Origin: Catajapyx aquilonaris
Lineage: Eukaryota
Length of the DNA stretch: 35,866 nucleotides
Assembly: GCA_000934665.2 (NCBI GenBank)
Contig: JYFJ02003976.1
Span: 1-35,866, forward strand
Reading direction: 5' to 3'
Made by a program: the position numbers and the translations under genes. The notes under the pieces are model-generated. The model saw nothing but the letters and a program-made list of their open reading frames with translations. It ran no database searches and had not been told where the DNA came from. Each line of letters starts with the position of its first letter. Positions within the stretch are counted from its first letter, which is position 1. Below, one piece after another: positions 21,339 to 32,970 of this stretch.

Positions 21339-22621
21339 ATGACCTCGGTGGGGGTCAAGGAGGAGGAGGAGGAGGAGCTGGAGGAAGGAGAAGACTTCAA
21401 GGTGGAGGAGACGTGGAGGCTGCGGCTCAAGGAGGAGGCACCGGGATGCTTCGAAGGGGACGCCACGCTCTTTGTAGAAGAAAGGCTGCGTGAGATCAAG
21501 GAGGAGGCAGCGGAGGAGGAGGAGGAGATGGTGTTGGCCATGTCCAGTGCAGTCCAAGATGAAGAAGACCCATTAGCACTTGGGTCCAGAAGGATTAGCG
21601 TCGTAAGTAATCATGCTGAAATTGCGATATAAATATTGCACTAAACTTGATTCATACGTTTCAGATTGTGCAAGATACTGCTGAAGATGGAGCGGAAAAG
21701 AGCAGAATCCAGGAGGAAATAAACACTACAGGAAATCCAAGTGCATGCAAAATATGCCATAAATTATTTAGTACTCTGCATGAATTGGAAATTCACATGT
21801 TAACACATGGTGAAATGCATCGCTGCCATATTTGCCTGAAGACATTGCGTACTGCATAGTATTTGAAAAATCATATAGTAATTCATGCAGGAGAGAGACC
21901 GTTTCACTGTGGGGTGTGCAAGGACAAGTTTCTTACTCAAAGTGATTTGAAACGGCACATGCGAACTCATACAGGAGAAAAGCCATTCATTTGCGAGATG
22001 TGCCTGAAAGGTTTCAGGGATTCATGGATTTTGAAACAGCACATGCGAATTCATACGGGAGAAAGGCCATTCATTTGTGAGGTGTGCCAGAAAAGTTTTA
22101 GTCAGTCAGGCAATTTGAAACTGCACATGCGAACTCATACAGGAGAAAAGCCATTCATTTGTGATGTGTGCCGGAAAGGTTTCAGCGATTCAGGCAATTT
22201 GAAAACCCACATGCAAATTCATACTGGAGAAAAGCCATTCATTTGTCAGGTGTGCCAGAGAAGTTTTACACTTTCATGGAATTTGAAGAAACACATGCGA
22301 ATTCATACGGGAGAAAAGCCATTCATTTGTGAGGTGTGCCAGAAAAGTTTTAGACGTTCAGAGGCTTTGAAGAACCATATGCAAACTCATACGGGAGAAA
22401 AGCCATTCCCTTGTGAGATGTGCCACAAAAGTTTCAGGGATTCATGGATTATGAAAAAGCACATGCGAACTCATACGGGAGAAAAGCCATTCATTGGAGA
22501 GGTGTGCCAGAAAAGTTTTAGTTCAGTCAAACTATTTGAAAATTCACATGCGAATAAATTCTTTAACACAAAATGTAATACAAGAAGCCCCCGGTTTACG
22601 AACAACCAGACTGACTTATGA
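21339..22621 (+). pseudogene. Subfamily I ZNF copy C, with an in-frame nonsense codon in finger 2
   Basis: Exon 21339-21602, intron 21603-21664, exon from 21665. TAG at 21857-21859 where copy E has AAG. The frame then stays open through further fingers to 22621, and the last finger is degenerate. Confidence 0.75.
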
Positions 22622-22784
22622 ACCGGCTCCCAAGGCTCTCTATAAGGACAATTTATAATAATTATTCCTCCACGTTCAGTCACTTCTGTACACTTAGACT
22701 GACACCAAGTTCAACAGAAATATAAATAATAGGGGAAATTACTTTCTGCCGCATGTCTAAACACACACACCCACACATATATAT

Positions 22785-23535
22785 GGGTGATTCTCCAAAA
22801 ACTTACCATTTTCAAAGCAAGAATTAATGAATTTCAAAACTTGTTTTAAAAATCTGGAAAAATTCTCACTTACTCTATATGAGGTCACAAATCAGGGAAA
22901 AATATGGAGAACTAATTCTGATATTCTAATGCCAGGTGAGTGAATATTATTTTCAGGTGTTCGGGAGCCAGAAGAATGACCTATGCATGCAATAGCTAGG
23001 ATTAATATCAAGGTCCAGAACAAACGTTGTCTATGGAGATTTCGGTGGGTTCAAGAAGACCCTTCATTCCATGGAATCACAGTTATTTCAAAACATTTAA
23101 GCTATTATGTGACATAGAAAAATGAGCCAGGAGTGTGAACTTTTTATTTCCGGGAAAACTCGTGGTCACACACACTTTGGAGTGATGCAGCAAGGTCATC
23201 ATGTCAAATGAATAAATCGTTTTAAAAATGATGTTTTATACCTGCAACTATGTACAATTTAATTATAGTATTGAAACTTGTCTAATGTTAATAATAAAAT
23301 TGTAAGAAAATATAGCATGCTTTAAAATGAGATCGGGACATGCCAAGAATAGTGATTTTAGGCCCTTTGACATTTTTTTGCAGTAAAACTTAATTTAATA
23401 TTTTTCTTTGTTTTCATGGGGATGGCTAGGTGTCAACTGCTTCTACAAATGTTTAAAAAATCAACTCTCTCAGTCAAGCCATTTTTGAGTTATTATGCTG
23501 GGACATGGTATTGGTATGTTTTTGGAGAATCACCC
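22785..23535. mobile_element. 751-bp non-autonomous DNA transposon, Sola2-like (GGG termini, ATAT TSD)
   Basis: TIR GGGTGATTCTCCAAAAAC(T/A)TACCA at both ends, flanked by ATAT (22781-22784, 23536-23539). Confidence 0.8.
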
Positions 23536-23591
23536 ATATATGTTGCAATATTTGCAAATTTAGAAATGCGCATGATGTGCAAATGGGGATA

Positions 23592-24333
23592 ATATTGCGC
23601 TAAACTTGATTCCCACGTTTCAGATCGTGCAAGATACCACAGGAGACGGAGCGGAAAAGAGCGGAATCCAGCCAGAAAAGAACATGGACATCTGCTCTAA
23701 AAAAAATCCACTTGAATGTGTAATATGCCACGATTTGTTTGCTACCCCATATAAACTGGCCATTCACATGTTTTCTCATAGTGGTAGATATTGCTGCCGT
23801 TTTTGCCAGAAGAAATTTCGTAGGTCAGTTTCTTTCCAGTCTCACATGCAAAGTCATGGGGAGACACCGTTCGTATGTGAGGTATGCCAAAAAAGATTTT
23901 TGGATTCAAATGGCCTTAAAGTTCATATGCAAATTCATACGGGATCGTATGTGAGGTGTGCCATGAAAGATTGAATGATTCAACCAGTTTGGAAAACCAC
24001 ATGCGAATTCATACAGGAGGGAGACCATTTAATTGTTACCTGTGCCCCAGAAAAAATTATTGCAGTTTAAATGCTTTGAAAACTCACATGTGCACTCATT
24101 ACGGAGAGAGACAATTTAAATGTGAGGTGTGCCAGAAATTATGTTTCAGTACAGGTACGTTGAAAATGCACATGATAGTTCATAGAGTGAAACCATTTCT
24201 TAATTGTGAGGTGTGCCCGAGAAAATTTCGTAATGCAAATCACTTGAAAGATCACGTGCGAACTCATATCCGGGAGAGTAAGTGTCCATGTGAAGCGTGC
24301 AAAAAAAAACATTGTGTCATGCAAGTAGTTTGA
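23592..24333 (+). pseudogene. Subfamily I ZNF copy D, an orphan finger exon closely related to copy A
   Basis: Only the 3' half of the intron and the exon from 23624 remain. The promoter and acidic exon are missing. A 1-nt deletion near 23944 (gggagtcgta to gggatcgta) shifts the frame. Confidence 0.8.
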
Positions 24334-25266
24334 AAACTCACATGCGAATTCATACAAGAGAGTAACTATTTATTATTGAGCCATGCTATTAAAAATTTAG
24401 TAATGCACCATCAGGCTTTTAAAATATAAAACAGGCAAACATGATCTCCAGCAGGTGAAAATATCATAACCCATGAAATTGTTACATGTTGTGATGACAT
24501 GATTTCATAATCATGCAGGCATAATTTATCGGTCCGAAATCATGTCAGATTTTGCAAACACAGTTCTTCAATTTGATTAACAACAATGTATCAGACTTGC
24601 ACATGTGATTGATAACATGTCGACTATACAAAAAATGTTGTGCTGAGTAATACGATGCATAACATGATCTTGTACTGTTTACATAAGTTGCAATATTTAG
24701 GAATGCATGTTATGCAAATGGGGATCAATTGTTTGTTTTTTAAAAATTTATCCTGGGTATGGAATTATATTGTTATTTCTCAGATGTACTCTGTATTTTG
24801 TGAGACGAATCAGGATTTATTTTTGACCACACCATAATATGACATTAATAAATATTTCCAGCAAAATCCCTGTGGCCATCTTGACATGTGTTTTGACTTT
24901 CCATCTTTATTTTCCATACCCTGCTTTAAAAAAATCATTTTATGCATAGAACGGGTCCCCCTATGCGGTACCGTACCATTCGCCTATTTGAGCTCAAGGC
25001 CTAATATTTCATCATTCATCAACTTTATTTACAACGGTTGCCACAGTATGGGTTGGCGGTTGGTTGGCCCCTTCCGTTGGCATATCTTTTCATTGTTGTG
25101 GTTGGTATGGAGAATTTTTTTTTGGGGGGGGGGGGGGGTTGTTTGGAATGTTTGCTTGAGTTTTTGTTTGGAAGTGTGTCTGGTAGTTTAGAAGCTGCAG
25201 AAGAGAGATTGATTGCGGTGCAGGAGAGCTGCTGTGGCTCACACTCAAGAGTACTATACAAAGGTG

Positions 25267-26304
25267 ATGGAGGCTTGGGGATGGGACTACACCGCAATAA
25301 TTGCTGATAACGACAACAGGTACGGCTGGTTGCATGGCGAAGACAACAGTCATCTGCGAATGCAATTATGAAATGCTATGATGTTGTGTCTGTTTGCATT
25401 TCTCAGATGGCAAATTCTTCCCAAGGTGAAAGAGGAAACCAGAGAAAGAGATGATGCTGAGGAAGAGACAACTATGATGATTAAGCAAGAGAGGCTCTCA
25501 CCAGTGCAAGAGCAAGATGGTGAAGAAGATGACGAGTTGGGCATTGGAGAAGTGGAGGTGAAGACTGAGGAGCTGCAGGCAAAGACTGAAGACGAAGAGG
25601 AAATGCTGGTGGATGCTCCAAAGATTACCGAAGGAGTTGAAGACCCACTTGGCACAGTTCCTGCAATGCCTGCACCACCTTCTAGTAGTGGACCTAATCC
25701 ATTTAGTTGCAATATTTGTTACAAGACATTCCCTTGTAGCAGTGACATGATGAACCATAGACAAGTGCACCTTGGAATGAAGCCACTGGAGTGTCCGGAT
25801 TGTGGCAAAATTCGTACGTGCCTCTCAGTATTGGCGAGGCATTGTGGAAGTCACACTGGTGAGAACCCATACAAATGCGAAGAGTGTGACAAGTCGTTCA
25901 CCCAGAAGAGTAGGCTAGTTGGTCACATGCTGATCCATACTGGTGAGAGGCCGTACAAATGTGAAGAGTGTGACAAGTCATTCACATTGAAGGGTAACCT
26001 AGTTAAACACATGAGGACCCACACTGGGGAGAGGCCATTCATCTGTGAAACATGCAGCAAGTCATTTTCATTCCGCTCAGGATTGAATATGCACCGTAAA
26101 ATTCATACAAGGCCGTACAAATGTGAAGAATGTGACAAGTCGTTCATGCAAAAGAATGGGCTGGATCAACACGTGAAGACCCATACTTTGAAGTTTAAGA
26201 TACCCTACAAATGTGGAATATGCAACCAGGGTTTTTTATGCAGCTCAACTCTTAAGAGGCACAATGGCAGGAAACACAAAATAATGACTTTGCTGAACAA
26301 TTAG
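25267..26304 (+). CDS. C2H2 zinc-finger protein, subfamily II copy 2, about 316 aa, 7 fingers
   Basis: Exon 25267-25319 (MEAWGWDYTAIIADNDN-R), intron 25320-25406, exon 25407-26304, in frame. Confidence 0.85.
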
Positions 26305-26727
26305 CAAAGATATTCATAGTGATAGAAATGAACTTATTGTCTCAGTATAACTGTGACACGCTGATGTTCTGCAAGTTAGAGTCTGAGCATGTCAAGTCAT
26401 TAATTTTGGGCTTATGTATACGTATTAATCATTTCTAAAAGTTTCACCCAAAAAAGTGTCCTGATTGCATTGATAGCCATTGATAGCCAATAAAGATGAG
26501 TTACGTGTTTGAAAAGATAAGCATTTCCCACGTGTTTGTGTGCGTTTTCTTGTGCAATTGCCCCTTTTTGCTGTGATCTTTTCATTGATGGTTGCTATGG
26601 GAATTTTGGGTTGTTTGGAATGTTTTCGTTATTGTTTGGAAGTGTCTGGTAGTTTAGAAGCAGAAGAGAGATTGATTGTGGTGCAGGAGAGCTGCTGTTG
26701 TCTCACACTCAAGAGCATACAAAGGTG

Positions 26728-27554
26728 ATGGATGCTTGCGGATGGGACTACACCGCAATTGCTGATAACAACAGGTATAGCTAGTTGCCTTGCTATAGTT
26801 GCTTAAATAATCCTATTGAGACATGATGCGCCCATTTGTATTTTCCAGGTGGCAAATTCATACCAAGGTGACAGAGGAATCCAGAGGAAGTGATGAGGAA
26901 GAGGCAACTATGATGATTAAGCAAGAGAGGCTCTCACCAGTTCAAGAGAAAGATGGTGATGAAGACGATGAGTTGGACATTGGAGAAGGGGAGGTGAAGA
27001 CTGAAGACGAAGAGGAAATGTCGGTGGATGCTCCAAACATCACCGAGGGAGTTGAAGATCCACTTGGCACAGTGTCTGCAATGCCTGCACAGCCTTCTAG
27101 TGAACAGTTTGTGTGCATGTACTGCCTGGAAAGATTTGCTGACTTGGAAAACCTGGAGTGCCACAAGAGAAAGCACACTGGACCTAAACCATTTAGTTGC
27201 CAGGAATGTGGCAAAACTTTCTGTTTCCACTCAGACTTGGCGAGGCACCGTAGAAGTCACACTGGGGAGAGGCCATACAAATGTGGAGAGTGCGACAAGT
27301 CGTTCATGCAGAAGGACAAGCTAGTTGTTCACAAGAGGATCCACACTGGTGAGAGGCCATACAAATGTGAAAAGTGTGACAAGTCATTCAAGCAGACGAA
27401 TGGGCTAGTTTATCACATGAGAACCCACACTGGTGAGAGGCCATACAGATGTGAAGAGTGCGGCAAGTCATTCACGCAAAGGAATGTGCTGGTTTATCAC
27501 AAGAGGACCCATACCGTCGGTGAGAGGCCGTTCAAATATAAAGAGTGTGACTAG
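26728..27554 (+). CDS. C2H2 zinc-finger protein, subfamily II copy 3, about 250 aa, 5 fingers
   Basis: Exon 26728-26774 (MDACGWDYTAIADNN-R), intron 26775-26848, exon 26849-27554. Confidence 0.8.
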
Positions 27555-27946
27555 TGGTTCTCAGCAAAGAAGAGGAACGTTTGTTGATGACCAGCGCAGG
27601 GTAGAGGATTGGCCCCTTCTGTTGGAATCTTTTCATTGTTGGGTTGCTGTGGAGACATGGTGTTGTTTGGAATGTCTTCGTTATTGTTTGGAAGTGTGTC
27701 TGGTAGTTTAGAAGCTGCAGAAGAGAGATTGATTGTGGTGCAGGAGAGCTGCTTGTATCTCACACTCAAGAGTACAAATAAGGTGATGGAGGCTTTGGGA
27801 CTACACCGCAATAATTGCTGATAACGACAACAGGTACGACTGGTTACATAATCTACAATATATTATGAATGTGTACGGTACAGTACTTGGATTCATTATG
27901 ATTTTGTGTCTGTCTACGATTTCACAGATGGCAAATTCATCCCAAG

Positions 27947-28816
27947 ATGAAAGAGGACATCCGAGAAAGTGATGATGATCCGATAGAGGCAACTACGATG
28001 ATCAAGCAAGAGAGGCTCTCACCAGTGGAAGAGCAAGATAGCGATGAAGAGGATGAGTTGAACATTGGAGAAGTGGAGGTGAAGACTGAAGAGTTGGAGG
28101 TGAAGACTGAAGAGGAAGAGGAAATGATGGTGGATGCACCAAGCATCACCGAAGGAGTTGAAGACCCACTTGGCACAGTTCCTGCAATTATTCCTGCGCA
28201 GCCTTCTATTAGTGAGAGGTTTGTGTGCATGTACTGCCTAGAAAGATTTGCTGACTTGGAAAACCTGGAATACCACCAGACAAAACACTCTGGGCTTAGG
28301 CCATTTAGTTGCAAGATTTGTTGCAGAACATTCCCGTGTAGCAGTGACATGATGAAGCATAGAATAATTCGCCATGGACTGAAGCCACTGGAGTGTCCGG
28401 AATGTGACAAGACGTTCTTTTTCCGCTCAATCTTGGCGAGGCACTGTATAATTCACACTGGGGAGAAGCCATACAAATGTGAAAAGTGCGACATGTCGTT
28501 CAAACAGAAGAACCAGCTAGTTGTTCACACGAGGAACCACACTGGCGAGAGGCCATTCACGTGTGAAGAGTGTGGCATGGGGTTCACGCGGAAGGATGGT
28601 CTAGTTGTTCACATGAGGACCCATACCGGCGAGAGGCCTTTCAAATGTGAAGAGTGTTACATGGGGTTCACACGGAGGAGTGGGCTAGTTTATCACATGA
28701 TGACCCACACTGGCGAGAGGCCATTCAAATGTGAAGAGTGTGACAAGTCGTTCATACAGAAGACCAAGCTAGTTGTTCACAGGAGGAGCCATGCTGGTCA
28801 GAGGCCATTCAACTGA
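27947..28816 (+). CDS. C2H2 zinc-finger protein, subfamily II copy 4, 289 aa, 7 fingers, from an internal ATG
   Basis: The upstream mini-exon (ATG 27786, donor after 27833) is frameshifted. An ATG at 27947, where copies 2 and 3 have GTG, opens the finger ORF. Confidence 0.75.
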   Translation: MKEDIRESDDDPIEATTMIKQERLSPVEEQDSDEEDELNIGEVEVKTEELEVKTEEEEEMMVDAPSITEGVEDPLGTVPAIIPAQPSISERFVCMYCLERFADLENLEYHQTKHSGLRPFSCKICCRTFPCSSDMMKHRIIRHGLKPLECPECDKTFFFRSILARHCIIHTGEKPYKCEKCDMSFKQKNQLVVHTRNHTGERPFTCEECGMGFTRKDGLVVHMRTHTGERPFKCEECYMGFTRRSGLVYHMMTHTGERPFKCEECDKSFIQKTKLVVHRRSHAGQRPFN

Positions 28817-29332
28817 GAAATATTATATTATATATTAGGAATGCATGTTGCCGATCCAAATGGGGATCAATTAAGGTTATGCTGGGAGTGGAATTATTTT
28901 GTCATTTCTTAGATGTGCTCTGTTTGTATTTTGTGGGACGAATCAGGATTTATTTTTGAACATACCAGAAGATGCCGTTAATAAATATTTCCAGAAAAAT
29001 AGCAGGGGTTTTGACTCAACTGCTAATAAACAAACTCTTTTTTATTTGGAATAAACATCGCATTGCACTCTTGACACTATTCCTCCCTGGTTTTAATATA
29101 TCATTCATGATCATATTCATATTATAGTTAGCGAAGAAGGAAAATTGCAAGTTAACTCAACTTATTAGTAGAACAACAGACAAACGTAGGCCTATCAATA
29201 AAACAGATAATGTAACATAAAAGATATTTATATTAGCAGCAGGACTTAAAATTCCTCCTCCCCTTTACCTTCAACAGTGTCCTTAGCATTGCACCTTTTT
29301 ATTTATTTTTAATTATTTATTGATAGAAAAGT

Positions 29333-29336
<4 letters not shown>

Positions 29337-29378
<42 letters not shown>

Positions 29379-29387
29379 TAATAATAA

Positions 29388-29441
<54 letters not shown>
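29337..29441. repeat. Interrupted (AAT)n microsatellite
   Basis: About 35 AAT units with two AAA interruptions. Confidence 0.95.
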
Positions 29442-29442
<1 letters not shown>

Positions 29443-29609
29443 CACAAGTTGTACTGGTTTGAATATTCCGGGTTTAAAACACTGATGCCAACAGATCATT
29501 AAATGGAAAATATTTTTAAAAGAGAATTAGTTAACAGCATATGGTTAAATGAGAGGCATTTAATTATCTCTAATTACCAGTTAATAATTACGTCAACAAC
29601 TTTTTTTGT

Positions 29610-29740
29610 TCGCATCATTGGGCGACTGTCACTTGTTCGGAATCAAAGATGGCGACGAATTCTCATTTCTGAAAACATGAACTTCCAAACAGTGAATGAC
29701 GTTTAATTAGACGTGTGATTACGCTGGGAGGAGTGCAGGT
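29610..29740 (+). promoter_or_regulatory. Subfamily I promoter/5' UTR module (copy E)
   Basis: CATTGG, AAGATGGCG at 29646-29654 and TGACGTTTAATTAGAC. Confidence 0.6.
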
Positions 29741-29914
29741 AACTAGGGTTTGATGTGCAGGGCATGCTCAGTGCAGGGAAGGAGGGCTCAGGTGTGAGGG
29801 TGGAAGGGCAGGCCTTTTGTTGTGAAGTGTGCGGCAGGCACATCCGAATGTTCCTCTTGGCAGACCCTCCAGGGTTGGGACGTGGATTGAGGTCATTGGG
29901 TGACCTGCAGGGCC

Positions 29915-32703
29915 ATGACCTCGTTGGGGGTCAAGGAGGAGCTGGAGGAAGGAGAAGACCTCAAGGTGGAGGAGACGTGGAGGCTGCGGCTCAAGGAGGA
30001 GGCACCGGGATCCCTCGAAGGGGACGCCACGCTCTTCGTAGAAGACACGCTGCGTGAGATCAAGGAGGAGGCAGCGGAGGAGGAGGAAGAGATGGAGGTG
30101 GCCACGTCCAGTGCGGTCGAAGATGATGAAGACCCATTAGCACTTGGGTCCGGAAGGATTAGCGCAGTAAGTAATCGTGCTGTAATTGCAACAACACCAC
30201 CACCATCACGGCATTTTCCTATAAGGGGTAGTCAGCGATGAAGGGAGACACAAGTTAACCCAACATATGAAAATAAAACTGGGTCATTCCATGCCAAGAC
30301 TGACACGTTGATTGCTCGACCATCTCAGAATTTGATAATAAAAAAATAATGTGTGTAACACACGCATGGGTTGTTGCTAAAAACAAAATTAGAGGCTCTC
30401 ATGTGAAAATCCCATGGAGATACATGGCAACGTCTTTCGGCAGCAGTGGAGCCGGAAGAACATTTTATTTCAAGCGGAGTCCTTGTTGTGACCCCCATGA
30501 TGTTACATATCAAATTAACGGGGATGAGATGAGGAACATTTTGGTGACAACAGTTTTGACATGAGCATAAAATAAAAATGCTAAAAAATTCGCAAATGTG
30601 CAAAACAGGCACATTTCAGGTTGTCCAATGTCATTGCTAAACACATGCTGAGGGAGTGAAATTAATATGGTAGGTACCTAGTCAGCTGGTCATTACTACT
30701 GTAGAAGGACAGCATCACAAGTCAAGCAGTCTTGGAGATAATGAATCCTGAAACATCCACTTTCCCCTCATTCAGCCACTTTTGGGGTAAATTTTCTCAA
30801 TGTGGGGCTGGGTCTATTTTAAGGTCACTTATGCTAAAAGAAGCGTCTTTTCATGCTTGACCTAGCGATGTATAGAAGATTGACCTAAAACTGTCATGGC
30901 GGCTCTCTGTAAGTCGTTCTGTGCGTCGTTCTTGCTCTCTGTGCATCGTGGAAATTATCATTCACGTGTGCACCAGGTAGGTGTTTTCCCTTCATTTCAC
31001 ATACATACAATTCACATTCATGCAAATGTCTGCCTGCCTTCAGCATTTAGTCTGAATATTAGTTTGTCCACCACCGATTAAACGGACAATGATGACCTCC
31101 TACAGATCATGGGTCCCAAGAAAGACTCTTACTCTGCTTCCTCTGAAGCTGCAAGGAAACGTCGGGAGCGTAGCATGGAGACTCCTTCAGCTAGAAGGTC
31201 AAGACAGGTTGCTGATGCAGCACGACATGCAGCCCGACATGCAGCAATCAGAGCAGCAGAGTCTCCTGCTGCTACCCGGGCAAGACAGGTTGCTGATGCA
31301 GCCCGACATGCAGCAATCAGAGCAGCCGAGTCTCCTGCTGCTACTCGGGCAAGACAGGTTGCTGACGCAGCCCGACATGCAGCCCGACATGCAGCAATCA
31401 GAGCAGCAGAGTCTCCTTCAGCTAGAAGGTCAAGACAGGTTGCTGATGCAGCCCGACAAGCAGCAATCAGAGCAGCCGAGTCACCTGCTACTACTAAGGC
31501 AAGACAGGTTGCTCATGCCGCAAGTCAAGCCACAGCCAGAGCTAAGCCTTGGACTGTCTTCAAGGGTGCAGCATTCACTTATGACCACAACATCCTATAT
31601 GAAGCACATGCCCAGGTAAACATTGGTGAAATGTCTACATTGTGTCCAATAACGCACATGATTGTTTAATATCAAATTCTGAGATGGTCGAGCCACCAAG
31701 TGTACCAAGTGTCGGGGCTCTCCCCACCCGCCCGATCCCACGGCCATCTGGTGTGTGTAACCGCCTTCGTGAATGCTCATGTCAACTCCTGTGTACCTCT
31801 CTCCTCCTCCATTACTTACCCCCAATTGCTGAAATTGGGTTATAAAATTTCATTCGCACATTTCAGATCGTGCAAGATACCGCTGAAGGTGAAGGAGAAA
31901 AGGGCGGGATCCGGGAGGAAAGACGCACCAGTGGAAATCCACATGCATGCAAAACATGCCAGAAATTATTTGGTACTCTGCATGAATTGGAAAGTCACAT
32001 GTCAACTCACAGTGAAACACATCGCTGCCATATTTGCCTGAAGACATTGTGTACTGCAAAGTATTTGAAAACTCACATGCGAATTCATACGGGAGAGAAA
32101 CCTTTTAATTGTGGGGTGTGCCATAAAAGATTTCTTGATTCAAAGTATTTGAAATTGCACATGCTAATTCATACAGGAGAGAGACCATTTGTTTGTGATG
32201 TGTGCAAGAACAAATTTCTTAATCAAAGTAGTTTGAAATTGCACATGCGAACTCATACGGGAGAAAAGCCATTCATTTGTGAGGTGTGCCAGAAAAGTTT
32301 TAGTGATTCGGGCAATTTCAAACTGCACATGCGAATTCATACGGGAGAAAAGCCCTTCGCTTGTGAGGTGTGCCCGAAAAGTTTTAGGCAGTCATGTGCT
32401 TTGAAAATTCACATGCGAGTTCATACCGGAGAGAGACCCTTTACCTGTGAGATGTGCCGGAAAGGATTTTCCTCTGTGAGTAACTTGAAACAGCACATGC
32501 ACATTCATAAGGGAGAGAATCCGTTTCAATGTGAAGTGTGCCAGAAATTTTTTTGCAGTGCAAAGATTTTTAAAAGTCACATGCGAATTCACACAACGCA
32601 GAATGTAATACAGGAAGACCCCAGTTTAACATCAGTGAACCGATTTACAGGAATCCGTACTTACCAACGTGCTCCCAAAACTGGCCATAAGGATGATTTA
32701 TAA
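29915..32703 (+). CDS. C2H2 zinc-finger protein, subfamily I copy E, about 362 aa, 8 fingers, with the intron expanded to 1.7 kb
   Basis: Exon 29915-30166 with donor gtaagt, acceptor tttcag ending at 31866, exon 31867-32703, phase 0 as in paralogs. Confidence 0.75.
31109..31669 (+). mobile_element. Truncated Helitron RepHel N-terminal coding fragment with 23-aa STPR-like repeats
   Basis: Repeats of ESPAATRARQVADAARHAAIRAA (23 aa, or 27 aa with an extra RHAA), followed by AAFTYD....Y..H..V.IG.M...C, which matches my recollection of the motif preceding the zinc-binding region of arthropod Helitron RepHel proteins. The ORF breaks off after the first Cys. Confidence 0.7.
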
Positions 32704-32970
32704 TAATTATTCTTTCACTTTCAATCATTTCTCCATTCTTTGTCATAAATACTGTGTAATTAATTTTATTAAATTTAAGCTGGGAGTGGAATTTGGTTCT
32801 TTCTTATTAGATTTTGTAGTCTGTGTTTTGTAGGACAAATCAGACATTTATATTTGAACATTCGAAGACGACAGTGTTAAAAATATATCAAGTGAAATGT
32901 CGTCTGCAGCCATCATGACCTGCGTTTTTTACTCAACTGTTTATAATAATTAACAAGGTCATTTATTTGG

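Noticed and set aside
25038..25307. GSLEAAEERLIVVQESCC ORF recurring before subfamily II genes
   Set aside because: Starts, stops and frame differ between the four copies, so it is best read as conserved 5' UTR sequence.
31089..31619. Gln/Leu-rich 176-aa ORF
   Set aside because: It is an alternate frame of the tandem repeat. The 31109 frame carries the recognisable Helitron-like motif.
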